Shown here one piece after another: positions 30,469 through 41,105 of a stretch of 64,000 bases of DNA. Position numbers and translations under genes: made by a program. The notes under the pieces were generated by a model. That model was not told the origin of the DNA. It searched no databases and saw only the letters and a program-made list of their open reading frames with translations. How positions within the stretch are numbered: the first letter of the stretch is position 1; every line of letters starts with the position of its first letter. This DNA is from Bacteroidota bacterium (GTDB lineage: Bacteria; Bacteroidota; Ignavibacteria; UBA10030; UBA6906): the NCBI GenBank assembly GCA_030835135.1, contig JAUQWO010000070.1, positions 23,548-87,547 on the forward strand. Reading direction: 5' to 3'.

Positions 30469-32889
30469 TCAATCGTCACCCTCTCCGTCGGCTCCGACGG
30501 AGAGGAAGGCGGCACGGTTGATCCCGGGGAAAGGAATAGCGGGTCCCTTCACCGCGAACCAGAGGACCTGGTTCAGCTCCAGGTCCGGCGCCCGGTCCTC
30601 CATGGTGAAGTCGAATTCCTCGCTCCTCCGCTGCCATTCATTCATCGCCATGTTGATATCGCCCAGGTCCACCTGGTTTGGCCGCACCCTGAATCCTGAA
30701 CCATCAGACCGGGCCGAGAAGCATCGCCACATCGGCGTGGCCCCGGCATCATACTGCGACATCGGGTTCAATCCGAGGATCAATTCGATGGTACGGAGCA
30801 CCGACGACGTCGTATACGGCGTATGGTCCACGAACTTCCTTCTGACGAAGCCTCCGGCAACGTAGGCTGTGCTGCGGTGTGCGTCCACATGGTCCGGTCC
30901 GTTCTGCGCGTCGTCTTCCACGATGAAGATGACGCTCTCTTTCCAGATCGGACTCTTGCTCAGGTACTCCACGAACAACCCCACCGCCAGATCGTTGTCG
31001 GCGACTTCCGCGAACGGCGTGGGCCGGCCCCGCCGCAACCCTTCCGTATGGTCGTTGATGAAGCGGAGTGAGTTGAACCGCGGAACGGCACCGGCCGCGA
31101 GCAGCGAATCGAATTCGCGCCGCCATTGCGTGAATCGGGTGGTATCACGCACCGTCTGATCCCACCCGGTGAAGGTCGGACAGACATGTCCCACCAGCAC
31201 CGGAATGTTCGGCTTGCTGTTGTCCGCGAACTCCCCGTATGTGCGGTACGATACCCCCTTCGCGCGGCACTGGTCCCAGATGAACACTTTGTTGTTGGCC
31301 ACACCCCGGTTCCCTTCCGCATCGTACCGTCCCCCGCGCCCTCCGTAGTTCGTCGGCCAGGTCTTCTCCAGATAGTCCGTCGCGTATGCGCCCATGCTCC
31401 AGTTGTGCCCGTCAGCGCTCACCTCGCCGTCCACATAGAAATTGTCGAGGAGCACGAACTCCCGGACCAGTGCGTGCTGGTTCGGCGTGATCCGCTCACC
31501 AAAGAGCACGAGACTTGTATCGCCGTTGCCTTCCGGAATATCCCCGAGCACCTGATCGTACGTTCTGTTCTCCTTGATCACATAGAAGACATAGCGGATC
31601 GGTGACGGATCACCCACCCGTCGCGGGATGGGATTGCCGGGCTCCCCGGCGGCAAGCAGTTCCTGTTCTTTCGTGTACGGAGAGTTTGCATAGACCGACC
31701 GGGAATACGCGCGCAGTGTCTCTTCGCCGGGGACAGGAATGATGCTCAGGTCGCCTTTGAAGAGTCCGCCGATGTATTGGACCCCAACCGGGCGTGTGGA
31801 ATCACCCTGCTGGTACACGACCTTCTGCTGTTTGAGCGCGGGGTTCGGACCGTAGGGGTTCGCCATGGAGGAGAGTCCCTTGCCGTTCGCCACATAGATC
31901 ACATCTCCTGCCGTACGCACCGATGTGGGGTACCAGCCGGTCGGAATGAACCCCAGACTCCGGCTCTGTCCGGGCGTGCGCACGTCGAACACGGCCAGGC
32001 AATTGTTGTCCGCATTGGCGATATACAGCGTCGCACCATCGTGGCCGAGGGCGACACTGTTCGTGGTGGATCCGCTCGGGGCGTCGGGATACAACGCGGC
32101 ATTCAATGTCTCGATCACCCGTCCCGACGCGAGCTCGACCACGGAGACGGAATTGTCGTTCGCATTTGCGACGAACAGATGACGCCCGTCCGCCGAGAGA
32201 CACAGGTCGTTGGGATTGTCCCCCACCCGGATCGCATCGATGAGACCCTCCTTCTCTGTGTCGTACCGACGGACCACGTCGGCTCCCCAGCACGACATGA
32301 GCAGCGTCTTCCGGTCGGGTGTGAGCAGACAGGTGAACCCTTCCCCACCGAGCGGCACCCGGTGGATCACACGTTTCGCTGCAAGGTCTACCACGTACAG
32401 GGCACTGTCCTCTTTCGTCACGACATAGAGCCGATCCCCTTTCTCATCCACCGCGAGACCCGCGGGAGAAATGCGATGAGGCCACGGGCGCCCGAGCACG
32501 ATCGTATCGCGGACGATGAGCGTGTCGGTCCCCACAGCATAGCGCAGGATCCAATTGTCATTTCCGCCGGACGCATAGAGCGTCCTGTCATCGTCACTGA
32601 ACGCTAGTCCTCCCCAGGCCTTGCCCACGGGAACGGTGGCCACGAGGCGTTCGCTCCGCAGGTTTACCAATTGAATGGACTGCTTGCTCTGCCCGTTGTT
32701 CGTCACCGCGAGGAGCGTCTTCGCATGGCTCACGGCAATGGTCAATGGCAGATCGCCCAACGGGATCTGTTTCCCGGCGGGAGTGAGACTCCAGCCATTC
32801 GGTAATGTGACCCGCTGGGGGCCGCCCTGGGCCAGAAGAGAAGCGGCCGACAGGATGAGGAGGAGAAGGGACGCGAATGAACGGCGCAT
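30469..32889 (-). CDS. secreted YncE/YVTN beta-propeller plus phosphoesterase (alkaline-phosphatase-like) protein
   Basis: Signal peptide; LPNGWSLTPAG, YVANG and FVANAND propeller blades, IPTGWYP, KENRTYDQ, DNFY, EDDAQNG.DHVDAHRS. Start ATG 32889. Confidence 0.88.
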   Translation of the reverse strand: MRRSFASLLLLILSAASLLAQGGPQRVTLPNGWSLTPAGKQIPLGDLPLTIAVSHAKTLLAVTNNGQSKQSIQLVNLRSERLVATVPVGKAWGGLAFSDDDRTLYASGGNDNWILRYAVGTDTLIVRDTIVLGRPWPHRISPAGLAVDEKGDRLYVVTKEDSALYVVDLAAKRVIHRVPLGGEGFTCLLTPDRKTLLMSCWGADVVRRYDTEKEGLIDAIRVGDNPNDLCLSADGRHLFVANANDNSVSVVELASGRVIETLNAALYPDAPSGSTTNSVALGHDGATLYIANADNNCLAVFDVRTPGQSRSLGFIPTGWYPTSVRTAGDVIYVANGKGLSSMANPYGPNPALKQQKVVYQQGDSTRPVGVQYIGGLFKGDLSIIPVPGEETLRAYSRSVYANSPYTKEQELLAAGEPGNPIPRRVGDPSPIRYVFYVIKENRTYDQVLGDIPEGNGDTSLVLFGERITPNQHALVREFVLLDNFYVDGEVSADGHNWSMGAYATDYLEKTWPTNYGGRGGRYDAEGNRGVANNKVFIWDQCRAKGVSYRTYGEFADNSKPNIPVLVGHVCPTFTGWDQTVRDTTRFTQWRREFDSLLAAGAVPRFNSLRFINDHTEGLRRGRPTPFAEVADNDLAVGLFVEYLSKSPIWKESVIFIVEDDAQNGPDHVDAHRSTAYVAGGFVRRKFVDHTPYTTSSVLRTIELILGLNPMSQYDAGATPMWRCFSARSDGSGFRVRPNQVDLGDINMAMNEWQRRSEEFDFTMEDRAPDLELNQVLWFAVKGPAIPFPGINRAAFLSVGADGEGDD

Positions 32890-33065
32890 GGAGAGTGGTT
32901 CCTTGTTCGAAGTGTTCGCACGGAAAGGGGTGCCATGATCCATCACTCTATAATATAACAATCCTGCTGTCACCGGGGCACGAAAAATGCCTGAAACCGC
33001 GATTTTATGATCTGTCGACCGCCCCTTTTACCGTTTTGATGCATCCTATCCGTATGGAAACGAAC

Positions 33066-33239
33066 ATGGCTTTTCTCGGAGTGTGGGCCGGACGCGCCAT
33101 CCCTGTCCTCATCGGTGGTGCGGTTGGATATGCATACTATCGATTCGTCGGATGCAGGACCGGTACATGTCCCATCACGCGGAACCCATGGATCAGCACG
33201 ATCTATGGCGCCGTCATGGGCGGCATGCTCTTTTCCTGA
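33066..33239 (+). CDS. small membrane protein with GCxxGxCPIT motif (DUF6132-like)
   Basis: IGGAVGYAYYRFVGCRTGTCPITRNPWISTIYGAVMG; start ATG 33066. Confidence 0.8.
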   Translation: MAFLGVWAGRAIPVLIGGAVGYAYYRFVGCRTGTCPITRNPWISTIYGAVMGGMLFS

Positions 33240-33272
33240 TCCCGACCACGCACGCAAGAGAACCCGTACAGC

Positions 33273-34928
33273 ATGGCTCATACAAAGATACTGATCATCG
33301 GTGGGGTTGCCGGAGGTGCCACCGCGGCGGCGAGAGCACGCAGACTGGATGAGACGGCGGAGATCACGGTCCTCGAAAAGGGACCCTACGTCAGCTTCGC
33401 CAACTGCGGACTCCCGTATTTCATCAGCCGCGACATCCAGAGGCGGTCGCACCTGTTGCTGCAGACTCCGGAAGGCTTCTTCGGACGGTACCGCGTCCAG
33501 GTCCGCGTCAATACCGAAGCCCTGGAGATCCGCCGGGACACGAAGAGCGTTCTCGTGCGGACTCCAAAGGGCGAAGAGGTGCTGCCGTACGACAAACTGA
33601 TCCTGGCCCAGGGTGGTTCCCCCGTCATCCCGTCCATCCCCGGGGTCGACCGCGAGCACGTCTTCACGCTCTGGACGATCCCGCACATGGACCGGATCCA
33701 TACGTTCATCGAAGAGAAGAAACCTGCGACCGCGGTGATCGGTGGCGGCGGTTTCATCGGTTTGGAGATGGCCGAAGCACTGAAGGCGCGGGGTATCGCG
33801 GTGACTGTCGTGGAACTCCTCCCCCGTGTCATGGCAACCATGGATGAAGAATTCGGGGCCATGATCGGCGCCGGCCTCGAAGCGCACGGTGTCCACATTC
33901 GTACGAACACGGGCATCGCCGCGATCAACGAACGCGACGTCGTCCTCGGCGATGGCACCGTCGTGAGTGCGGACATGGTCCTCCTGTCGGTCGGCGTCCG
34001 TCCGAACCTCTCGCTCGCGCGGTCCGCCGGTCTCGCCGTTGGAGCGAGCGGCGGACTCACCGTGGATGACACGCTTCGCACCAGCGACGCCGACATCTTC
34101 GCTGCCGGCGACATGGTGGAAGTGGTACATCGGGTGCATGGAAAGATGGTGCGCATTCCCCTGGCGGGACCTGCCAACAGGCAGGGACGGATCGCGGCGA
34201 CGAATGCTCTCGGGGGCCGCATGACCTATCGCGGAGCGCTCGGCACCTCCGTGGTGAAGCTGTTCTCCGCTACCGCAGCATCGACGGGGCTGACCGAGAA
34301 GGCAGCGCGCGACGCAGGGCTCGATGTCGGCGTGGCGTATGTCTTCAAAGACAATCATGTGACCTACTACCCGGGCGGCACGCCGCTCGCGTTGAAGATC
34401 GTCTACGAGCTGTCCACCGGACGCCTGCTGGGCGGACAGGCGTACGGCGAGTCGGGCGCAGAGAAGCGCATCGATGTCCTTGCAACGGCCCTTCAGGGGA
34501 AGATGACGCTCGACGACCTTTCGGAGCTCGACCTTGCCTATGCACCGCCCTACAACAGCGCAAACGATCCGGTGAACGTGGCATCCTTCATCGGGATCAA
34601 CCACATGACCGGGTACTCGCCGTTGAAGACGCCCGCCGAAGTAGTGCGCGATCTTCAGGCTGCCGGCGGCCTCATCCTGGATGTCAGGACGATGGGAGAA
34701 CAGTCGAGGGCACCGCTGGCAGATGCGCTTCACATCCCGGCCGACGAGATCCGTGACCGGCTCGACGAGATACCGAGGGAGAAACCCCTCTACCTCCTGA
34801 GCAAAGATGGATTCCTGGGACACACAACGCTGCAGGTGTTGAAAGCAGCAGGTTGGGCCTCCGTGTATAATATCGCGGGGGGATATGCAGCCGCACGCTG
34901 GACCGACGGCTGGCGATTCAGTTCATAG
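33273..34928 (+). CDS. CoA-disulfide/persulfide reductase with fused rhodanese-like domain (CoADR-RHD/Npsr-like)
   Basis: GGVAGG, redox SFANCGLPY, GGGFIGLE, LAYAPPY, C-terminal ILDVR rhodanese fold whose active loop reads YLLSKDG (no Cys). Confidence 0.92.
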   Translation: MAHTKILIIGGVAGGATAAARARRLDETAEITVLEKGPYVSFANCGLPYFISRDIQRRSHLLLQTPEGFFGRYRVQVRVNTEALEIRRDTKSVLVRTPKGEEVLPYDKLILAQGGSPVIPSIPGVDREHVFTLWTIPHMDRIHTFIEEKKPATAVIGGGGFIGLEMAEALKARGIAVTVVELLPRVMATMDEEFGAMIGAGLEAHGVHIRTNTGIAAINERDVVLGDGTVVSADMVLLSVGVRPNLSLARSAGLAVGASGGLTVDDTLRTSDADIFAAGDMVEVVHRVHGKMVRIPLAGPANRQGRIAATNALGGRMTYRGALGTSVVKLFSATAASTGLTEKAARDAGLDVGVAYVFKDNHVTYYPGGTPLALKIVYELSTGRLLGGQAYGESGAEKRIDVLATALQGKMTLDDLSELDLAYAPPYNSANDPVNVASFIGINHMTGYSPLKTPAEVVRDLQAAGGLILDVRTMGEQSRAPLADALHIPADEIRDRLDEIPREKPLYLLSKDGFLGHTTLQVLKAAGWASVYNIAGGYAAARWTDGWRFSS

Positions 34929-34953
34929 TTCACCACCACACCAAGGAGATGTG

Positions 34954-35226
34954 ATGTCTGTTCTTGACGAGAAGATCGCGAAGGGGGCAACGATCGTCGA
35001 TGTGCGGACCCCGGAGGAATTTGAAGAGGAACATTTCCCCAACGCCCTGAACATTTCCGTCGAGCAGGTTCAGGACAGGCTGGCGGAGTTCGGCGAGAAG
35101 AGCAACCCGGTGATCGTGTACTGCGCTTCCGGATCGAGGAGCGCCTATGCAGCCCGTGTTCTGAAGATGGCGGGCTTCACGGATGTGATCAATGCGGGGG
35201 GGCTGTACGATATGCCGGGATACTGA
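34954..35226 (+). CDS. single-domain rhodanese
   Basis: IVDVRTPEEF, active loop YCASGSRS, NAGG; AAGGAG RBS, ATG 34954. Confidence 0.92.
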   Translation: MSVLDEKIAKGATIVDVRTPEEFEEEHFPNALNISVEQVQDRLAEFGEKSNPVIVYCASGSRSAYAARVLKMAGFTDVINAGGLYDMPGY

Positions 35227-36484
35227 GGCCGGTTCTCGATGTCTGGGTGAACAGAGCACGGTTCACCGAGGCGCCCATCAGCTCGTACCCGACCGCGTCG
35301 GGGTGCAGGCCGTCGTTCTGGAATGCCGGGAGCCGCATGCGCGTGGTATCGGCGGGATCCCGCATCTCCAGGTCGAAGTCGATGCACGCGTCGAAATTCC
35401 CTGCCGTCCGGATCCACTGGTTCACCCTGGTACGGCACTGCTCACTGTACTGAGTATAGTACCCGTTCCCCTTGAAGGGCATGATCGTGGCGCCATAGAT
35501 CTTCAGTCCGTGCGCGTGCGCCTTCGTGATGAATTGCTGATACGCGGCAATGAGGTTCGCGGCGGTGGCGGTCGCCGCCCGCAAAGAATTGACCGTTCCG
35601 ATATCGTTCACCCCCTCGAACACGACCACCCACCGCACCCCGTGCTGACCCAGGATGTCCCGGTCATACCGGTTCACACCCGTCGGTCCCAACCCGCCTG
35701 CGAGCACACAGTTCCCTCCGATACCCGCATTGAGCACACCGACCTGCTGCGTCGAGGGATCCTGCAGGAGCACGGCCGACAATACATCTGGCCACCGGTT
35801 CTGGCCGTTGATCGTCGACCCCCGGCCATCCGTGATGGAGTTGCCGAGGATGGCGATGCACGCAGCAGACTCCGGAGCGAGCACATCGATCCCCTGGATG
35901 TTATACCAGTGGTCAGTGGTCACGGCCCCCGCGGCATCACCCTGCGACACGGCATTGCCGGTGAAGAGATATGAAGTGGTCCGGGATCCGGGGTGACCCG
36001 TGATGCCGGCGGGACTCGTGCCGTAGGCGATGGTGATCGCGATGTCTGTCCGCGGCTGCACCGGGAACCAGAGCGGATCGCTGGTGATCGCAGGTCCTGC
36101 CGCGATGGTCAGATCGGGCTTCCCCTCGAACATCAGGATCCGGTCCGAGGTCGTGTCGATGCTCCCGGCACCACTGGAGAGGGCGATGTGGACACTCCGG
36201 AAGACCACCGCCGACGTGCTAAGCTCATTGGAGAACCGGAACCGCAGGGAATCTCCCCCGATCGAGAGCCGCACGACCTGGCGCAAGGTGTTGTTGGCCA
36301 GTCCGGGGGGAGGCGGATCGTTGCCGGGTTCCACCAACTGCGGAGCGGTGTACCAGGTGCCGACCCAGTGCCATCCATCACCGGCATGACAATCGAATGT
36401 GATGCCGAGAGCCAGGATGACCGCCAGGAGCGCGAGGGAGCGCCCTCGCTGGATGCTGGCCTGAGAAGTGCAGGAGTGCGTCAT
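35189..36484 (-). CDS. secreted SGNH/GDSL hydrolase
   Basis: Blocks GNSITDG, GIGGN, EGVND, DGLHP; N-terminal HWVGTW and TLRQ..R.SIGG domain; signal peptide. Start approximately ATG 36484. Confidence 0.88.
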   Translation of the reverse strand: MTHSCTSQASIQRGRSLALLAVILALGITFDCHAGDGWHWVGTWYTAPQLVEPGNDPPPPGLANNTLRQVVRLSIGGDSLRFRFSNELSTSAVVFRSVHIALSSGAGSIDTTSDRILMFEGKPDLTIAAGPAITSDPLWFPVQPRTDIAITIAYGTSPAGITGHPGSRTTSYLFTGNAVSQGDAAGAVTTDHWYNIQGIDVLAPESAACIAILGNSITDGRGSTINGQNRWPDVLSAVLLQDPSTQQVGVLNAGIGGNCVLAGGLGPTGVNRYDRDILGQHGVRWVVVFEGVNDIGTVNSLRAATATAANLIAAYQQFITKAHAHGLKIYGATIMPFKGNGYYTQYSEQCRTRVNQWIRTAGNFDACIDFDLEMRDPADTTRMRLPAFQNDGLHPDAVGYELMGASVNRALFTQTSRTGLSIPAYRTAPPH

Positions 36485-36786
36485 GGTGGTGCTCAATGGT
36501 ACCATCCCGAGAGTAGCTGATATCATGATAGTATGAAGGGCGAAGTGGAATGTCAACCTGACGGTCGAATCCTGTATCGCTGCCGCGCATGACCATCCAT
36601 GCGTTCATGGACACGGCTCCAGGTCACTCCGCGGGGGCAAGAAACGCAAGAAAAACACAAGAAGACTCCGGAGAACGTGCGAGAGTTGACTTTGGATCGA
36701 CCGCGGGATACATTACCTGTGCGTCCGGTGCGTTCTGCACCACCGGGGTGCGACGCCGCTTCACGCATGCTACAGGGGGATACACC

Positions 36787-38679
36787 GTGAAACCTCTCTC
36801 GTTGTGTTGGCTGGTACTTGTGTCGCTGCCATGGCACCAGAGTCCCGGCCAGATCGTCTCCACACGCACTTCCTTCCCTCCGGAACCCCGGAGCGTCCTG
36901 AGCGGCATGGAGAGGCTCCCATCGACATTACCCGTTGGGCTCCGCCCCCCGCTCGTGCGCCGCGACGCGCGTCTGGCAGACCCACCCTTTGGTGTGGGTG
37001 AAGCCAACTTCTCACTCGCCGGTAGCCGGGAGGATCACCCGGACGCGTCCATCTCCGCCCCATCCGCCCGGAAGATCACGGCTATGACCACCGGGTCCCG
37101 GTTCGTGATCGATACCGCGACCGTGTACGCGATCGCCGACACGACGCGGCGGATCTTCTCGTTCAACGCCAACTCGCTCATGACCGTTGAACGCTTCCAG
37201 AAGTACGCTGGAGGCACATGGATCGACACCCGGCGTCTGACCTACAGCTACGACGATCGCGATCACATGATCGGATCACTGCATGAGATCCGGATCAACG
37301 GCACCCTGCAGCCCGACTCCAGGGAAACCTATGTGTATGATGCACGGGGGAATCCTGCTGCAGACCTCAGGGAGGTCCGCGACTCCGTGACCAACACACT
37401 GGTCCTTTCGAACCGGAGCATCTTTCTGTACGACGCTCACGGGAATCCTCTTCTGGAACAGTATGAAGCCGTGACCACGGGGACCATTCAGCGGGGAACC
37501 CGGCTCACCTACGCGCGCGACGCAGCAGGCAACGAGCTCCACTATTGCGAAGAGACCTGGAAAGGCGGATGGGCGCCCTCCTCCCGGAGAACCATCACGC
37601 GCGATGGCCAGGGTCACCCGCTCTCCGAAATCACACAGCGTCAGCAGAATGGCGATTGGGTGAATGGAATGAAGAAGGAATACACGTACGACACCCGAGG
37701 GAACCTCCTCATCGAGACCCGTGAGTACTGGTGGGACGGAGCGTGGCTACCGTCGACGAGGGATACGTGGGTCTACGACGTGCAGGATAGCGTCATCCTT
37801 GCTGCGCGCGAGGTCGGATTTGGCGGCGCATACCAGAATGGCGAACGCTACATCCTCTCGTACGAGATGGGGAGGTTCCGGTCTGGCAGGATGGAGGAGT
37901 GGACGGACAACGCCTGGGTACCCTACCACCGGTGGACGGTCGATTACAATAGCGTGGGTGATCCCATCGTGACCACGGGCTGGTGGTGGGACGGCAGGAA
38001 CTGGACATTCAGCTCGCAACGACGGTCAACCTACGATGCGGCACGGCGACTGACCGAAGAATTCACGGAGTATTGGCAGGAAGGCCGATGGATGGGTGGA
38101 GGCCGGGCGACCTGGGCCTTCGATGGAAGGGGTGACCCGACGATCACCCAGTATATGTCGATCGACTCGCTGGGTGAAACGATCTACGGATACCGGGAGA
38201 TGACCGCCTACGACCAGCAAGGCATGCCTGCGCGGCTTACCTATGAGGCATGGGCGGATGGCGGGTGGCAACCGGCGGATCAGAGCTGGGCGATACACGA
38301 CAGTTCCAACGGGATGCCCTCTCCGTTCAACAGATCGACGCACAACGAATACGTGTTCACCGGCTATCGCGTGGAACTCCGGAGCAGCGCGATCGGTCCC
38401 GATCCAGCGGGACCCCTCTCGATCTTGTTGCTGCAGAACTACCCCAATCCGTTCAATGCCGGCACGGTCATCACCTACTCGCTCCCGGTGTCAGGAATCG
38501 TCCGCCTCGCGGTCTTCGATCTCCTCGGCCGGGAGGTTGCACGGCTCGTGGATGGCCCGCAGGGGCCCGGCACGTTCACGGCCCGCTTCGAAGCCACGCA
38601 ACTGCCCAGTGGAGTGTATTTCTATCGTCTCCATGCAGGGGCGTTCGCGGAGACGAAGCGAATGCTCCACCTCCGGTAG
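36787..38679 (+). CDS. T9SS-secreted protein built of YD-like beta-hairpin repeats
   Basis: About 13 repeats of W...R.TY.YD..GN type; C-terminal LLQNYPNPFNAGT...GVYFYRL CTD; GTG start after GGGGG. Confidence 0.8.
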   Translation: MKPLSLCWLVLVSLPWHQSPGQIVSTRTSFPPEPRSVLSGMERLPSTLPVGLRPPLVRRDARLADPPFGVGEANFSLAGSREDHPDASISAPSARKITAMTTGSRFVIDTATVYAIADTTRRIFSFNANSLMTVERFQKYAGGTWIDTRRLTYSYDDRDHMIGSLHEIRINGTLQPDSRETYVYDARGNPAADLREVRDSVTNTLVLSNRSIFLYDAHGNPLLEQYEAVTTGTIQRGTRLTYARDAAGNELHYCEETWKGGWAPSSRRTITRDGQGHPLSEITQRQQNGDWVNGMKKEYTYDTRGNLLIETREYWWDGAWLPSTRDTWVYDVQDSVILAAREVGFGGAYQNGERYILSYEMGRFRSGRMEEWTDNAWVPYHRWTVDYNSVGDPIVTTGWWWDGRNWTFSSQRRSTYDAARRLTEEFTEYWQEGRWMGGGRATWAFDGRGDPTITQYMSIDSLGETIYGYREMTAYDQQGMPARLTYEAWADGGWQPADQSWAIHDSSNGMPSPFNRSTHNEYVFTGYRVELRSSAIGPDPAGPLSILLLQNYPNPFNAGTVITYSLPVSGIVRLAVFDLLGREVARLVDGPQGPGTFTARFEATQLPSGVYFYRLHAGAFAETKRMLHLR

Positions 38680-38852
38680 CAGCAGCTCATGCCGGACGGG
38701 TATCCTTCGCTTGCGATTGGTTGCGTTTTTGATTTTCTTGTAGAGAGCAGAGCGTCCACACGTTCGATTCTGCTCAACGATCTTCTCACGCACACCTCCC
38801 GGTACCGTACCGTGGCCCTCGTCGCACATGCCAGCAGGTCGCATCCCACCCG

Positions 38853-41102
38853 GTGAAGCATCTCCTTCTCATCGGGGGCTTCCTCTTCGTGGTCGCCATG
38901 TATCCCGGGCCTCCTGCCCACTCCCAGGCGGCATATCCGGAGCCCGGCATCACGGCCGATATCCGTGGCATAGTCTCCGACAGCTCGAATGGCGAGCGCC
39001 TCATCGGCGTGAACGTCATCCTCAAGGGGACGAAGCGCGGCGCGACCACGAACACCAGCGGCTTCTACACCATCACGAACGTCCCGGCAGGGACGCATCA
39101 ACTAATCGTCAGCGCCGTGGGGTATGAACCCCGGGCGATCCTCTTCCTCGTGTCCCGGAAGGAACAGATCACGCTGAATGTCCGCCTCGTGCCCCAGCCG
39201 GTGCAGACGGGCGAGGTCCTGGTCCAGTCGGCCGGCATCTCCACCCTCACCGAACGCAGCGCCAGCGTCCATGTGATGACCCCCCAGGAGATCCGCGCCC
39301 TGCCGGCGGTCGCGCAAAGCGACCTTCTCCGGTCATTGCAGCTGCTCCCCGGCATCACATCCACGTCGGATGTGAGCGCGAAGTTTTTCGTGCGCGGGGG
39401 CGCGAGCGACCAGAACCAGATCCTCCTCGACGGCATGAAGATCCACAACCCGTTCCATGCCTTCGGGTTGTTCAGCGTGCTCGATCCCGACCTCGTGCGC
39501 TCTGCCGAGGTGTACACCGGCGCGTTCCCCGCTGGCTACGGCGGCCGCCTCTCCTCGGTCGTGAACGTCACCACGAAGGAAGGCAACCTGTCGAAGGTCT
39601 CCGGCAACGCGACCATCAACTTCCTCTCCGGCAAGCTCGAACTGGACGGGCCGTTTGCGGATGACAATTCATGGCTCGTGAGCGGACGGACGTCGCTCTT
39701 CAGCAAGACCGTGAACCGCATGATCCCGAACGCAGCGCCCCTGTCCTTCTATGACCTCTTCGTGAAGGGCACGATGGGAACGAGCACCGGCCGCGTCGGG
39801 TTCCGCGCGTTCGTGAGCAGCGACGATGTGACCCCCGTGCAGGTCGATCAGCCCGACCATTCCTGGCGCAACGCAGCAGCCTCGATCGTGTTGTCGGGCG
39901 TGGCGGATGACCGCCTCTATTTTGATGCCACGGTAAATTATGGCTACGCGCTGAACCGCCGCTCGCCCAAACCCGGATCCACGGTCCGGCCTGCGATGTC
40001 CCGCCTGGAAGAATTCGGCGTCCGCGTGGAGATGACCAGCTTCACCGAGAACCAGAACACGTTCTTCGAAGGATTTGAGATCGCCTTCCCGATGATCCAG
40101 GATTCGATCTATGGGTACGGGGTCTTTCCGAAAGAATACAAGGACAGTCGCGTGAACTGGTCGGCATGGACCCGCTACGTCGGGGCCTGGGGCGATCTGG
40201 GGTTCGATCTCGGGATCCACGCTGACGCAATGCTCCTCTTCGAAGGCTATGCGCCCTATCAGGGCATCCAACCCAGGCTCACGCTCTCCTATGATCTCGG
40301 CAGAAGCTGGTCCGTCAAGGCATCGTACGGAACATTCACGCAGGACATGATCGCGATCAGCAATGAAGACGATCTGATCACGCTTTTCGATGCATGGATC
40401 TTCCTCCCTGACGACCTGCGGCCCGAAGTAGCCCGGCATTACGTGACGGGGATCGAGGGAAACGTCATCCCGGGACTGGCCGTCAGCCTCCAGGGATACA
40501 TCAAAGATTACAGTTCGCTGACATTGTACAATCCTGCGAAGGTCTACCCCTCCGATCCGGATTATCTGAATGGCGATGGTGATGCCCGGGGCATCGAGGC
40601 ACTGATCCGGTTCGCCTCGCCGATCGTTGACATCTACACGTCGTATGCGTTCTCCGAGGTCACGGTGAATGCGGGCACGAGGTCCTATGCTCCACGGTAC
40701 GATCGCCGGCATACGATCAAGGCGGTCTCCTCGTTCCACCTGTTCGACGGATTCGATCTCACGTTCCGGTGGGATTTTGGTACCGGCTATCCGTTCACCC
40801 AGAACGCGGGATACTACGACCGCCTGAGTCTCTCGGACATCGAGACGAACCCCTTCCCTTCCGGCACCGGCACGCCGTCCCGCACCCTCGGCGCCAAGAA
40901 TGCCGCCCGCCTCCCCGCGTACTATCGCTGGGATGCCGGGATCACGTACCGAGTCGCATTCGAGGGGCTGCGAGGCAGCGCGGGGATCAGTCTGATCAAT
41001 CTCTCCGATCACAAGAATATCCTCTACTATGACCGTGCCACGGGCAAGACCGATTACATGATCCCGTTCTTCCCCACTGCACAGGTGTCACTCGACTTCT
41101 GA
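38853..41102 (+). CDS. TonB-dependent receptor with CarboxypepD-like N-domain
   Basis: GERLIGVNV, VRGGASDQNQILLDG, GAFPAGYGGRLSSV plug motifs, RLPAYYRWD, terminal F. Confidence 0.9.
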   Translation: MKHLLLIGGFLFVVAMYPGPPAHSQAAYPEPGITADIRGIVSDSSNGERLIGVNVILKGTKRGATTNTSGFYTITNVPAGTHQLIVSAVGYEPRAILFLVSRKEQITLNVRLVPQPVQTGEVLVQSAGISTLTERSASVHVMTPQEIRALPAVAQSDLLRSLQLLPGITSTSDVSAKFFVRGGASDQNQILLDGMKIHNPFHAFGLFSVLDPDLVRSAEVYTGAFPAGYGGRLSSVVNVTTKEGNLSKVSGNATINFLSGKLELDGPFADDNSWLVSGRTSLFSKTVNRMIPNAAPLSFYDLFVKGTMGTSTGRVGFRAFVSSDDVTPVQVDQPDHSWRNAAASIVLSGVADDRLYFDATVNYGYALNRRSPKPGSTVRPAMSRLEEFGVRVEMTSFTENQNTFFEGFEIAFPMIQDSIYGYGVFPKEYKDSRVNWSAWTRYVGAWGDLGFDLGIHADAMLLFEGYAPYQGIQPRLTLSYDLGRSWSVKASYGTFTQDMIAISNEDDLITLFDAWIFLPDDLRPEVARHYVTGIEGNVIPGLAVSLQGYIKDYSSLTLYNPAKVYPSDPDYLNGDGDARGIEALIRFASPIVDIYTSYAFSEVTVNAGTRSYAPRYDRRHTIKAVSSFHLFDGFDLTFRWDFGTGYPFTQNAGYYDRLSLSDIETNPFPSGTGTPSRTLGAKNAARLPAYYRWDAGITYRVAFEGLRGSAGISLINLSDHKNILYYDRATGKTDYMIPFFPTAQVSLDF

Positions 41103-41105
41103 TCC

